DNA of 64,000 nt from Octopus sinensis (taxonomy: Eukaryota), in the NCBI RefSeq assembly GCF_006345805.1, contig NC_042998.1, positions 164,052,001 to 164,116,000 on the forward strand, in the 5' to 3' direction. Every line of letters starts with the position of its first letter. Positions within the stretch are counted from its first letter, which is position 1. Made by a program: the position numbers and the translations under genes. The notes beneath the pieces were generated by a model. It was not told the origin of the DNA. It was given only the letters and a program-made list of their open reading frames with translations, and made no database searches. Shown here in pieces: positions 11,498 to 22,793 of this stretch.

Positions 11498-11688
11498 GAG
11501 TGAAAGAGCAGCATATGCCATCAAAGTGACACTGGGGTACAAATATACAAAGCCCAATATACCCATCATGACTAGCCGTCTGATAAAAGTATACAGGTAT
11601 ATGCACCACAACCATATGTGCGTGGCATGATGACCTCATATCAAGATAAACAGCACATGACCTTGCAGGTTGAGGCCGATTAGAATTT
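11498..11688 (-). mobile_element. Family D repeat, short diverged 3' fragment
   Basis: Same 3' terminus; truncated after ~190 bp; more substitutions. Confidence 0.8.
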
Positions 11689-11699
11689 ATCATTATTAT

Positions 11700-11902
11700 T
11701 AGTAGAACATTTAGTACGCCGGGCAAAATTCTTAGCGGCATTTCATCCGTCTTTACTTTCCGAGTTCAAATTCTGCCGAGGCCGTCATTGTCTTTCATCC
11801 TTTCGCGATCGATAAATTAAGTACCAGTCAAGTACTGGGGTTGATGTGATCGATTGTCCCCCACCCTATAAAAATCCAGGCTTTGTGCTTATGGTAGAAA
11901 GG

Positions 11903-11905
<3 letters not shown>
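11700..11905 (+). mobile_element. SINE family B with (ATT)n tail
   Basis: ttagtacgccgggcaaaattcttagcggc...tctttcatccttttcgcgatcgataaattaagtacc...gtagaaaggattattatt. Confidence 0.75.
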
Positions 11906-11964
<59 letters not shown>

Positions 11965-11972
11965 CATTATTA

Positions 11973-12582
11973 GATGAAAACTCTCAGCTCATTTTGCTTG
12001 GTATGATGGAAAGTGTCAGCTGTCTACAGCCAGCAGACTAAGGTGACACTTGTTTATTGGTCATGCTTCAAGATCTCTACAAATAATTCTTGCGGTTCCA
12101 AGCAATGCTGATTTTTGTAAGTGTCCTATCCTTACTTTTGCACCAATCTTTTTGAGCCATGTTGGTAGTTGGGTGCTGATACTTCCAAGTGTGCCAATTA
12201 CTATTCTCATTCCATTCTCCTCATTCACCACAACCTTCATATTTCCCACTTCAGTTCGTCATAGTTGCTCAGTTTTTCTTTGTCTTTGATCCCGTTGTCA
12301 CCGGACATGCCATGTCGACTATCATGCATGTTCTTTCTTTTTTATTCACCACAACAATGTCCGGTTTCCGATGTCTGGTCAGGTGATCGCACTGAATCGT
12401 TGCAGCCCACAGGATTTTGCACAGAGCTCTCAATGGATCATTCTTGGCACATTGTCATGTCGTCTTTTGTATTCGCGTTGTGCCAATTTCAGGCATTCGC
12501 AAACCATGTGCCATACCATTTCACCTCTCTCACCACACATTCTGCATTTGTCGCTGTCGGTAGTGTTGTCGATTCTGCACTT
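11973..12582 (-). mobile_element. R4/Dong-like RLE non-LTR retrotransposon 3' fragment (family 1)
   Basis: Minus strand: CRMCGERGEMVWHMVCEC (CCHC finger), RRHDNV, HRKPDIVVVNKKERTCMIVDMACP (PD..D endonuclease), IVIGTLGSI...LQKSALLGTARII; embedded in (AAT)n. Confidence 0.85.
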
Positions 12583-12585
12583 ATT

Positions 12586-12645
<60 letters not shown>

Positions 12646-12658
12646 ATTATTATTATTA

Positions 12659-12702
<44 letters not shown>

Positions 12703-12722
12703 TATCATTATTATTATTATTA

Positions 12723-12925
12723 TTAGCAGAACCGTTAGCATGCCGGGCAAAAATTTTAGTGGTATTTCATCCGTCCTTACTTTCAAATTCCACCAATGTC
12801 GACTTTACCTTTCATCTTTTTGGGGTCTATAAAATAAGCATCACTTAAGCAATGAGATCAATATAATCGGCTTATCTCCTTCGAAATTACTGGCTTTATG
12901 CCAAAATTTGAAGTCGTTATTGCTG
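12723..12925 (+). mobile_element. SINE family B
   Basis: agcagaaccgttagcatgccgggc...gtcgactttacctttcatcttttt. Confidence 0.7.
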
Positions 12926-13133
12926 TCTTTGGCGTATATATGTACACATATATAAGCCAAAGCATACAAACGAATACATGTATAATGACAAGCATGCTTG
13001 CACCATACATATGCATACAAATACTTGCATGAGTGCATATATATAACTACTCAGCTGATAATGTCTAAATCGTAATAAAAAAGCTGTTTCTAAATTAGAA
13101 CACGGTTCTTTAAAAATTTTTCTTTACTTTTTT

Positions 13134-13595
13134 CTTTTACTTGTTTCAGTTATTTGACTGCGGCCATGCTGGGGTATCACCTTGCTGGGGTATCGCCTTG
13201 CTGGGGTATCGCCTTGCTGGGGTATCGCCTTGCTGGGATATCGCATCCAGCACTTATTTTTGAAGCCTGGTACCTATTCTATCGGTCTCTTTTGCCGAGC
13301 TGTTGAATTACAGGGACGTAAAGACACCAAGACCGGTTGTCAAGTAGTGATGGGAGGACAAATACCGACACAAAGACATACACACATAGATATATGCATA
13401 TAGATATAGATATACACATAAATAAATGTACGACGGGATTCTTTCAGTTTCCGTCTACCAAATCCATTCACAATGTTTTGGTTGGCCTGAGGCTATAGCA
13501 GAAGACACTTGCGCAAGGTGTCACACAGTGGATGTGAACTCGGAACCAAGTGACTGGGAGGCAAACTTCTTACCACATAGCCAGGCTTGCGCCTA
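13134..13595 (-). mobile_element. SINE family A, full length, with internal 16-bp minisatellite
   Basis: ttttacttgtttcagttatttgactgcggccatgctgg...ctttcagtttccgtctaccaaatcc...cttaccacatagcc. Confidence 0.8.
13164..13243. repeat. 16-bp tandem repeat x5 (ccttgctggggtatcg)
   Basis: Five adjacent units with no spacers. Confidence 0.9.
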
Positions 13596-13699
13596 TTGGT
13601 GAGAAATTTTAGATATCAAATCATAAAAGGGTCTTTCCTGGCATACTACTCCTCGTTCTCCTTGCTACGCTATTGGTTTATATATATATATATATACTT

Positions 13700-13871
13700 C
13701 TTTTTGCTGTAGAATAGAGGCCATGCTGGAGCATCGCATTGAAGGGTTTAGTCGAACAAAATGACTCCAGCACTTATTTTCTTAAAGTCTGGTACTTATT
13801 CTGTCGGTCTCTTTTGCTGAACCTCTAGCTTGCGTGGACAAACCAATACCAATTGTCAGGCAGTGGGTGGG

Positions 13872-13880
<9 letters not shown>
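13700..13880 (-). mobile_element. SINE family A, 3' part
   Basis: ggccatgctggagcatcgc...ggtacttattctgtcggtctcttttgc. Confidence 0.65.
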
Positions 13881-13906
<26 letters not shown>

Positions 13907-13957
13907 CGCACACACGCACACACATACACACACACACATCTCTTTTATTCTTTTACT

Positions 13958-14168
13958 CTTTTACTTGTTTCAGTCATTTGACAGCGGCCATGCTGGAGCA
14001 CCGCCTTTAATCGAGCAACTCGACTCCAGGACTTATTCTTTTGTAAGCTCAGTACTTATTCTATCGGTCTCTTTTGCCAAACCACGAAGTAACGGGGACA
14101 TAAACACACCAGCATCGGTTGTCAAGCAATGCTTGGGGACAAACACAGACACACAAACACACACACGC

Positions 14169-14213
<45 letters not shown>

Positions 14214-14336
14214 ATATATATTATATATATATATATATATATACATATATACGACGGGCTTCTTTCAGTTTCCGTCTACTAAATCCATTCACAAGGCTTT
14301 GGTCAGCCCGAGGCTATAGTAGAAGACATTTGCCCA
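13958..14336 (-). mobile_element. SINE family A
   Basis: ttttacttgtttcagtcatttgacagcggccatgctggagcaccgcc...ctttcagtttccgtctactaaatcc. Confidence 0.8.
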
Positions 14337-14419
14337 TATATATATATATATATATATACATATACATGAACACACACATACACACTTATATACACATATA
14401 CATGAACACATTACACATA

Positions 14420-14578
14420 CACGACGAGTATCTTTCAATTCCCATCGAGAAAATCAGCTCACAAATCTTTGGTTGATGCAAGGCTAGAACTGAAGACACT
14501 CGCCCAAGGTACCATGCAATGGAACTGAACCCAAAACCATATGGTTTAGTACGTTTAGTACTTCTTACCACACAACCA
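14420..14578 (-). mobile_element. SINE family A, 5' head fragment
   Basis: gaagacactcgcccaaggtaccatgcaatggaactgaaccc...cttcttaccacacaacca. Confidence 0.6.
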
Positions 14579-14969
14579 ATTAGATTATCTGTTGTCAGTG
14601 GCCCTTGTTCGGAAAACCAACGGTGCTATTAAAAGGAGACTCTTCTGCTATTTCTAGTTGGTCGAGTGATCACATACAAACCTGTGGACTGGTCAGTTAG
14701 CGGATAGTAAGGGTTATGATTATGGTGGTAGTGGTAATGGTTGTGGTGGTAGTGGTGATATAAACGACATCTGCTTCGTATTTACATCAAAATTTGAGAA
14801 GAAATGATTACCCGGATGAAGGAAGACGATTTATTCCATGTGTAAAATAAAGAAACAAAGAGAGAGAACAGAACTAGAGCCCACCCCACCAAAACAAACA
14901 AACAAAGACAAAGCCCACCTCACCAAAACAAACAAACAAAAACAATCCTAAAACAACAACTAGCCAATG

Positions 14970-15060
14970 TCAAGCATCTATGTAGCCGCTCGATCTGCTA
15001 GAAATAGCAACCAAATCCTTCTTCAAATCATGCCCAGAAGTTTGATTAATATTCTCTAGA
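14970..15060 (+). repeat. Recurrent short interspersed repeat (family E)
   Basis: Motif ~cgacctgctagaaatagcagccaaatctcc here and, variably degenerate, near 15540, 15820, 18345, 22860, 33315, and inverted near 14645, 31110, 32420, 59960. Confidence 0.55.
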
Positions 15061-15061
15061 T

Positions 15062-15393
15062 CAGTGGTTCTCAACTGGGGTTCATATGCCCCCTGAGGCT
15101 CCATATAAAATTTTTGGAGGGCCATTCAACGAAATAGTAAATTGGGGACTCACAGTAGTAGTTTAAGTGTCCATGAAAAAAATTTGTTTTATTGCTAGAA
15201 ATAGCTCAGTTTCTTTCTCTAATGTTTTACATAGTTCAACCTACACAAGCGAATGTGTGAATAACAAAATAAGAATTTTAGAAGAAGTCTCTATGAAATT
15301 AGTTTTTAAACATCGAATGGCTATGGGGGTCCACCAGAATAAAATTGTATTTCAAAGGGGTTCATAGATTTAAAAAATGGCTGAGAACTCCTG
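15062..15393. mobile_element. hAT (Charlie-like) MITE
   Basis: TIRs cagtggttctcaac and gctgagaactcctg; 8-bp flanks ctctagat and gtctatat (6/8) matching the nTCTAGAn target preference. Confidence 0.8.
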
Positions 15394-15627
15394 GTCTATA
15401 TACCTTTAATAAAGTGGGATAGTTCCGCTGAGAGGATTTTGATTGGATGTTCGTTCTGTGACGAAACAACAACAATAATTACAATGACAACAACCGTAGC
15501 TGCCTCATGACACAACGGGAATGCCAATACATTCTTGCTCGACCTGCTAGAAATAGCAGATGAATTTCGCTCAAAACTGCCGTTATTGTTTTAAAGAAAG
15601 GCGCTAAGTTGGAAGACATGATATCCG

Positions 15628-15718
15628 AGAAGAAGAAGAAGAAGAAGAAGAAGAAGAAGAAGAAGAAGAAGAAGAAGAAGAAGAAGAAGAAGAAGAAGAA
15701 GAAGAAGAAGAAGAAGAA
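15628..15718. repeat. (GAA)n microsatellite, ~30 units
   Basis: Uninterrupted gaa run. Confidence 0.95.
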
Positions 15719-16111
15719 CCGGTTTGATCACGGCTGAAACGCTGTTGATCTTAATCTTGTTAAATGAAATTTCACCAATAACAATGGCATCACGATGCAT
15801 CAGAAAGCTTCTAAGCACTAAATAGACATGCTAAAAGTAGCAGCTAAATATCTCTCAAATTATATCGTATTACTTTAGAAAAGATTACATTAGGTAACGG
15901 TTGTTTAGATACTCCGCAAGACCGATTCATGGTCCTATCAAGATTGAGCCGGCTCAAGAAATAGCAACATCAACAACTGGACCATTAAACATGTTTTGAT
16001 AATGACGATGGTATAGGTCCTTTTAAAAATTTGATACTGTTTCTACAGATCAAACATTAAACCTCTGCGGTCGGACGCTCCCTTAAACTGTTGTCGACCA
16101 AAAAATCATTG

Positions 16112-16460
16112 TGAAGGTGCATAGCTCAGTGGTTAGGGAGTGTGGCTCACAATCATGAGGTAGTGAGTTCCATTCCTTGACCAGGCTGTGTGTTGTGTTC
16201 TTGAGCAAGGCACTTTATTTCACGTTGCTCCAGTTCTCTCAGCTGTAGAAATGAGTTGCGATGTGACTGGTACCAAGTTGTATTGGCCTTTTCATTTCCC
16301 GTGGATTACATCGGTGGCGTGGAGAAGGAAGATGGTATACATGGATGTCTGCTAGTCTTCCATAAACAACCTTACCTAGACTTAAGGCTCGGAGGGGAAC
16401 TTCCAAGATGCAATCCCATGGTCATTCATCACCGAAGGGGGTCTTTACCTTTATCCAAGG
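16112..16460 (+). mobile_element. SINE family C variant
   Basis: gaaggtgcatagctcagtggttagg...gagttccattcc...gtgttcttgagcaaggcactttatttcacgttgctccag; same tail as 50221-50560. Confidence 0.8.
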
Positions 16461-17039
16461 TCACGATGATTTCAGTTCCGTCCAGCAGTAGCACTCCGTC
16501 CACCGGTGCTGAGCAGCACTGATGCTAACAGGGCATATCCTGGTTCCTTTGACCCACATAGTAGCACGCTCCTACTTCGCTATCTAATACTGAAGATGTT
16601 TACTAATTTAGATAGTATCCTTTTCATGGACCTCATGTGTTTCAGTCGGCCGATCTTGTAGTCCAAAGTGGATGACGTCGACTCGGATGGCATCTACTCG
16701 GCACTCTTGGAGATCGTAAATCAGTCGGAACTTGCCCATGTATTTGTGATCCCCAGTCGACAGTTGCTTATGAGTGGAAACCTACAGTTTGCTCAATGGG
16801 ACACTCCAAAATAATACGCGGGTTGTACCGAAAGTAATGCATAAGTGGGCATAACTTTTTTCTGTAACCGACACAAGTCGGTGAAATTGCACAAGCTGGT
16901 AGAGTAACTCTTCTTCCTGTTGTTTTTCTCTCCTTTATTGCAAGCAGATAATGCTTAACAAGCATAGGAAATGTGTCATCATTAAGTTCTTGAAGAAACA
17001 CTGTTCGATGTCCACAGAAGGCGACAGTTAGTTTACAGA

Positions 17040-17990
17040 ACTAACTCTTTTGACAAAAGCAATATGTGCCGATGGAAGAAGTTTAATGAAGAGGGAAACA
17101 GCAATAAAGACAGACCATGCAGCAGGAGTCCATCGGCTGTAATTATCGACATAAATCGCCAGCAAGAGGACAATTTAATTCGCACGAACATACGAGTCAC
17201 AATCTGAGCTTCCTGCGCAAGTTGACAATGGTCTCATTGCATTGCAGAAGAAGATAGTATACTTTGGGTATCAGAAAGTGAGTGAAAAACAGGTACCTCG
17301 ATCTTTGCCACACGGTTTGAAAGAAAGGCGGATGGAAGTCTGTTCTGATCTGTGTAAAGTGTCCGAAGTCAATAAAGACACATTACTTTGCCCCGATCCT
17401 CTGACAAGGGATGGAATATAGGTGTATTTTTATTATCCGGAAATGAAGGTGTAGTCCATGGAATACTGTTACACCTCTTCTCCAAGGCCTAAGAAGTTCA
17501 AGCGCCAGCGCCGGCGCAGCAAGTCATAGTGACTGTTTTGAGGGATGACACCGACTTCATATTCTCTTTGATTTTCTTAATCGTAGCTGTACCGCGAACA
17601 GTGAGCTGTACATTGAAATACTCAAAAAGCTTAGAGAAATTATACTGAAAAAGAGAATGAAGAACCGGAACATGACCTACATTTGTGCAATAAGACACAT
17701 CTATAGCAACACATCAGGAAATCGACAAATTGGAATGGCCAGCGAATCTCCATTTCCTGCACAGCTCAGCTCTGGACCATCCGATTTCCACGTTATGGGT
17801 CCAGTGAAGGACAGTCTTCAGGGTGTATGACTGGATGACAAAGACGAGGTGAAAATAGTTGTAAAGAAGTGGATCCAACAGCGCATACCTGAATTTTTTC
17901 AAAAAACGATTCAAGTGTTGGGTTCAAAGATGGGACAAATGCACTGCTTGTAAAGAAGGCTATGCTGAATAGTAAGATTGTAAAGTGGAA
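17040..17990 (+). pseudogene. Heavily decayed mariner transposase
   Basis: YQKVSEKQVPRSL (WVPR-like), SMEYCYTSSPRPKKFK, PSDFHVMGPVKDSLQG (PSDFHLF motif), DEVKIVVKKWIQQRIPEFF; many stops and frameshifts. Confidence 0.8.
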
Positions 17991-19341
17991 AGTTTATTCT
18001 ACCAACATATGGACTTTGAACCGCCCACCTATATTAATAAAAAAAAAATATGCCCACTTTTGCATTATATTTAGTATTGCTCTCAGATAATGCACTGTAG
18101 TGTATCCACGACCCTCAACTTCGTTCAGTCATCATGAACACATGAAAAGGCACAGTTAAGTAATGTAAGCAGACACAGCACTGTAACTAACGAGAAATTC
18201 TCTAGCCTGTGATGCGAGATTCAAATCTTTGCATGGAGATGGCTTGAAGATGTAAAGGTTCAAACATACTAATTGATCTGGGATTCACCCAATAAAGGCG
18301 AATAGTTCTATAAAATTTTGGTAATACGTAAAAGGCTCTACGTGGTCACTCAGTCCACAAGAAATAACAACTAAATCTCCCTGAAGTCACAGCCTTAAAA
18401 AATGAAAGAAAAAATTGAAAGAAATCGATCGATTGATTAAAAAAGAGGATGGCTACGGTTAAATGTCGTTAATTACAATAAGTTTGATCGATTAGATTGA
18501 CCTGTTTCTAAACAACACACTAACAGCAAGATGGATATGTAAATTCAAGAAGAGCCCCAATATTTTCAGTCTGGTTGATTTGAGGAAGAAAGACACAATC
18601 CCATGCAAACTTAACTAATCTAAGACGCAGAAATTCTTTAATTAGAGGCACGATACGTATCCTTATAGCAGAAAATACCTTGTTAAATGTTCTCAATTGT
18701 TAGTTGTTTATTTTGATTTAGTTCCAGCAAAGCACGATCCAGATGTGACAACCTTAGGCAGTAAACAAATGATTTCTTTTTAAGACGGTAGGATGTGACA
18801 TGAGAAACATTTTACATTATGTCTAAGCGGGTCGAATTTCCTCGTTGAGTTGTTTCACAGTGGAATAACTAGCAGACGATACCGATTGCCAAAATGCATG
18901 CATTAAATAAGTGTAATCGTTTCTCAGCCAATGTTGGTACTGATTGGCTAAAATAAAAAATAAAATGTACTACCATCACAAAATATAGTCTGCTGCTTTC
19001 TACCCACAGCGGGTTCTTGTTTGTAACAGTGATACAGCGGTATCTCTCAAGGATACTGTATCAAATCAGAATGGTTCTGTCAATCTCCTTTGATACATCT
19101 ACGCGACTTAGCAGTAATACAGACAAACGAAATGGAGAATGCGGGTTGATAATGAGAGATACAGGCAAACAAACAGACAGAAAGAAAAATGAAGGGACAG
19201 AAAAGGACAAAAGTAGGTCTTAGAGAAAAAGAAAAACATTAAGGAAAGAAAAGAGATAGAGAGAAGGAAAACAAGGTACAAGTAAACAGGAATATAGGGA
19301 TTGAATGTTGATAGAAGTGAGTGTGAGTAGCTTGACACCGA

Positions 19342-19447
<106 letters not shown>

Positions 19448-19562
19448 GAGACAGAGAGAGAGAGACAGAGAGAGAGAGAGTGAGAGAAAGTGAGAGAAAG
19501 AGAGAGAAAGACAGAGACAGAGAAAGATATATATGAGAAACACACATACACGCACGCGCACG

Positions 19563-19604
<42 letters not shown>

Positions 19605-20092
19605 TGTAGTTTAAAAGAATGAGTGAGAGAGAAAGATAGAGATATTAGCGAAACGACTCATTCCACTCAAATATGGAGGACGACAGGCTGTTAAAGTAAT
19701 TACAGAAACAAGGTGTAGTTATATTCATATAGAATTTACATAGTATCGTATCCTTATTTTACCAAAATAACGATATATATACATGTATACATGCATGCAA
19801 GCATGTACGTATACCAAATTGACGGTGTGGAACAAGGAAAATGTAAGCTACATTTGTTTCTTAACTAGCTGTCGCTCATTACGCAAGCACAACACAATAA
19901 ACTCCCGATGTCCATAAATTGGTATTGCATCTTATGGTATACTGTTCATTATTTGCTGTATACTGTCCACCTGCTACTTGAAGCTTACAAACTTACTACA
20001 CTCGGACCCTTGGATCGCATTTGTGAATTGCTATATATTATGTGTGTGTGTTTATGTACATGTATGTGTATGTGTATTATGTATGTAATATA

Positions 20093-20169
<77 letters not shown>

Positions 20170-20204
20170 AATATGTGTGTGTGTTCAATTCAAACAACAA
20201 ACAA

Positions 20205-20410
20205 AACAATTCAAATAAACAGATAAAAAACGAAAAATAAAAGAAAATAACGAATGTGAGAGCATGCACAAGAAATATATTAGATTAACGTTCGGTGAAA
20301 CAGGAGAGTTTAACGTTTCGAGCATAGCTCTTTGTCGGAAAGGAGAAAGGGAAAAGTCCAAAGGAGAAGCAGAAATCGCCAACGGACCACGTGTAGTTAC
20401 ATTGCTGTAA
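20205..20410 (-). mobile_element. Repeat fragment carrying a hammerhead-like motif (possible Penelope-like terminal repeat)
   Basis: Minus strand ttt-ccgacaa-a-gagctatgctc-gaaa-cgtt-aaac; PLE assignment is inference from the motif only. Confidence 0.4.
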
Positions 20411-20469
20411 TATATATATATATATATATAATTTTTATAATTATGAGTATAATTATAATTAGGGTTCAG

Positions 20470-20922
20470 AAAAAAATGTGCTTTACCACATATCGAAATT
20501 TAGAAAAAGCAGTTAAAACTAGTTATTTCTCTACCATAAGAAAATCTCCCAGACAATATAACAACCCACGCAGGCAAAGAGAAAAAACAACGAATCCACT
20601 CGGCTTTGATTAACTGTAGACGCGTTTCGGAGTTAGATAGATGTGAAAAATATAAAAACCACATTACCACTCTATCATTCTCACTTTTCAGTACAGTAAT
20701 TCAAAATTTTAAATTTGAGAGCACTGTAAAAATTAAACATACTTATCTGATCAAACGTCATCAGACAACATACGTCCAACAACATGTACTTCCGAATTCA
20801 AACAGACGAATGAGATCTCGTATTCCTTCTCACTTTGTTGAGTATTGTTGTCTGCGAGATTTTCTTATGGTAGTTTTAACTGCTATTTCTAAATTTCGGT
20901 ATGTGGTGAAGCAAATTTTTTG
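20470..20922. mobile_element. ~450-bp MITE-like element with ~95-bp imperfect TIRs
   Basis: aaaaaaatgtgctttaccacatatcgaaatttagaaaaagcagttaaaact...accataagaaaatctc is mirrored at 20845-20922. Confidence 0.7.
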
Positions 20923-21028
20923 CTTAGGACAGCCTTTTTGAACTATTTTCCGCTCTTCCCCAACACAAGTCCTTCTTGGAGGATTCAATACCTCCTCGTC
21001 GCATGATAAGGCTTCTGAATTGTCAGTG

Positions 21029-21263
21029 TCAAGAGCATGGCGTATCTGTGTCAACAGTCTGTAGGGATGATTGGACCTTGTTTGTTTCCACAGCTACAAT
21101 TGTCGTTGTTATTGTTGTGGTGGCATTCTGTTGTTGAAGATGTTGCTGCAGTAATTGTTGTTGCAGCTTTTGGTTTTCTTGTGTTGGTGGTAGCAGAGCA
21201 GTCAATCCTCCCGTTCCATTTTGTTGCTGTTGTGGGGAGAGGGCCTTCAAATATATGTTAGAC
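21029..21263 (-). CDS. Candidate terminal coding exon, Gln/Thr-rich, product unknown
   Basis: Acceptor ttccacacttgtag| then an open frame SNIYLKALSPQQQQNGTGG...LQQQLLQQHLQQQNATTTITTT...DTDTPCS* with mixed CAA/CAG codons. Confidence 0.35.
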
Positions 21264-21280
21264 CTACAAGTGTGGAACAT

Positions 21281-21438
21281 TGAAGATAATAATTATAACA
21301 ATAACGATGATGATAACAATAACAACACTAACAATAAAATAATAATATAATAATAATAATAATAATAATAATAAGGATAATAATAATAATGATAATAATA
21401 ATAATAATAATAATAATATTAATAATAATAACACTAAC

Positions 21439-21470
<32 letters not shown>

Positions 21471-21498
21471 TAATAATAGTAATAGTAATAATAATAAC

Positions 21499-21590
<92 letters not shown>
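21281..21590. repeat. Long imperfect (AAT)n tract (~310 bp)
   Basis: Direct reading. Confidence 0.95.
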
Positions 21591-21592
<2 letters not shown>

Positions 21593-22527
21593 TAATAAAA
21601 CAACAAAAGCTATTAAACAAATGAAATCCAAACTAAAAATAGAACAGCAACGAACCATGATAAAACGATGGCAAGAAAAGCCCCTTCATGGTAAATACTG
21701 GACTAAACTAAACGCAAAAGAAATAGACAAAGAACAATCCCAGCAATGGTTGAGAAGCTCAGGACTCAAAGCAGAAACAGAGGGATTTTTAATTGCAGCA
21801 CAAGACCAAAGCCTCCCCACCAGAAATTACCAAAAACATGTAATGAAAAGAAATATTACAAGTAACTGCAGAATATGGGAGATGGACAAGAAACAATAAA
21901 TCATATTATCTCTAGCTGCCCAGTCCTGGCTAAGAAGGAATATATTCACAGACATGACAGAGTTGGAACCTACATACATTGGAAGCTATGCCAACATTAT
22001 GGAATAACAACAGAAAAAAGATGGTATAGGCACACACCAGAAAAGGTCACAGAAAACGAGAAGCAACCATACTCTGGGATATGCCGATACACACAGATAG
22101 AGAAATTAAGGCCAACAGACCAGATATAGTTGTCAGAGATCATGAAAAAAAAAATGCTTTCTAATTGATGTATCAATACCGGCTGATGACAACGTGTCTC
22201 TAAAGAAATGGAGAAACTCTCAAAATACAAAGACCTGGAAATAGAGGTAACTAGAATGTCGAATCTGAAAACAGAAACAATTCCTATCATAGTAGGTGCA
22301 TTAGGCACGATAAAAAAAATATTCAGACAAATACATAACAAAAACACCAGGACTTACAAACACATATAACATACAGAAAATTGCACTACTAGGCACTGCA
22401 CACATCCTACGCAGAACACTTTCCATACAATAACCATCAGAGCATCACAACAAATCACAGCACATACCCAAGGCACACAGAGCTGTGCTCGGTAGTGAAG
22501 TGAAAGCACGCTATAAAAATAAAACTA

Positions 22528-22530
<3 letters not shown>
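21590..22530 (+). mobile_element. R4/Dong-like RLE non-LTR retrotransposon 3' fragment (family 2)
   Basis: WQEKPLHGKY...LKAETEGFLIAAQDQSLPTRNY, CRIW/GDGQETINHIISSC, HRHDRV, RPDIVV...LIDVSIPADDNV..KE.EKLSKY, IIVGALG, IQKIALLGTAHILRRTL*; 3' UTR ends in (aat)n. Confidence 0.92.
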
Positions 22531-22574
<44 letters not shown>

Positions 22575-22639
22575 TAAAAAAATGATAGTGAAAATTAAAA
22601 TTAAATTATAATATAATAAAAAGTAATAAAAATGAAAAC

Positions 22640-22793
22640 AACCCAAGTACTCAAATGGTACTTATTTTATCGACCCCGAAAGGACGAAAAGCAAAGTGGG
22701 CCTTGGCAAAATTTGAATTCAGAACGTGCAGACGGATGAAATGCCGCTAAGCATTTTGTCCGGGGTGCAAACGATTTTGCCAGTTCACCGCCT
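22640..22793 (-). mobile_element. SINE family B
   Basis: ggtacttattttatcgaccccgaaaggacgaaaagc...gccagttcaccgcc. Confidence 0.8.

Noticed and set aside
13164-13243. Short regular repeats as a possible CRISPR array
   Set aside because: Units are contiguous with no unique spacers, there are no cas genes, and the context is eukaryotic
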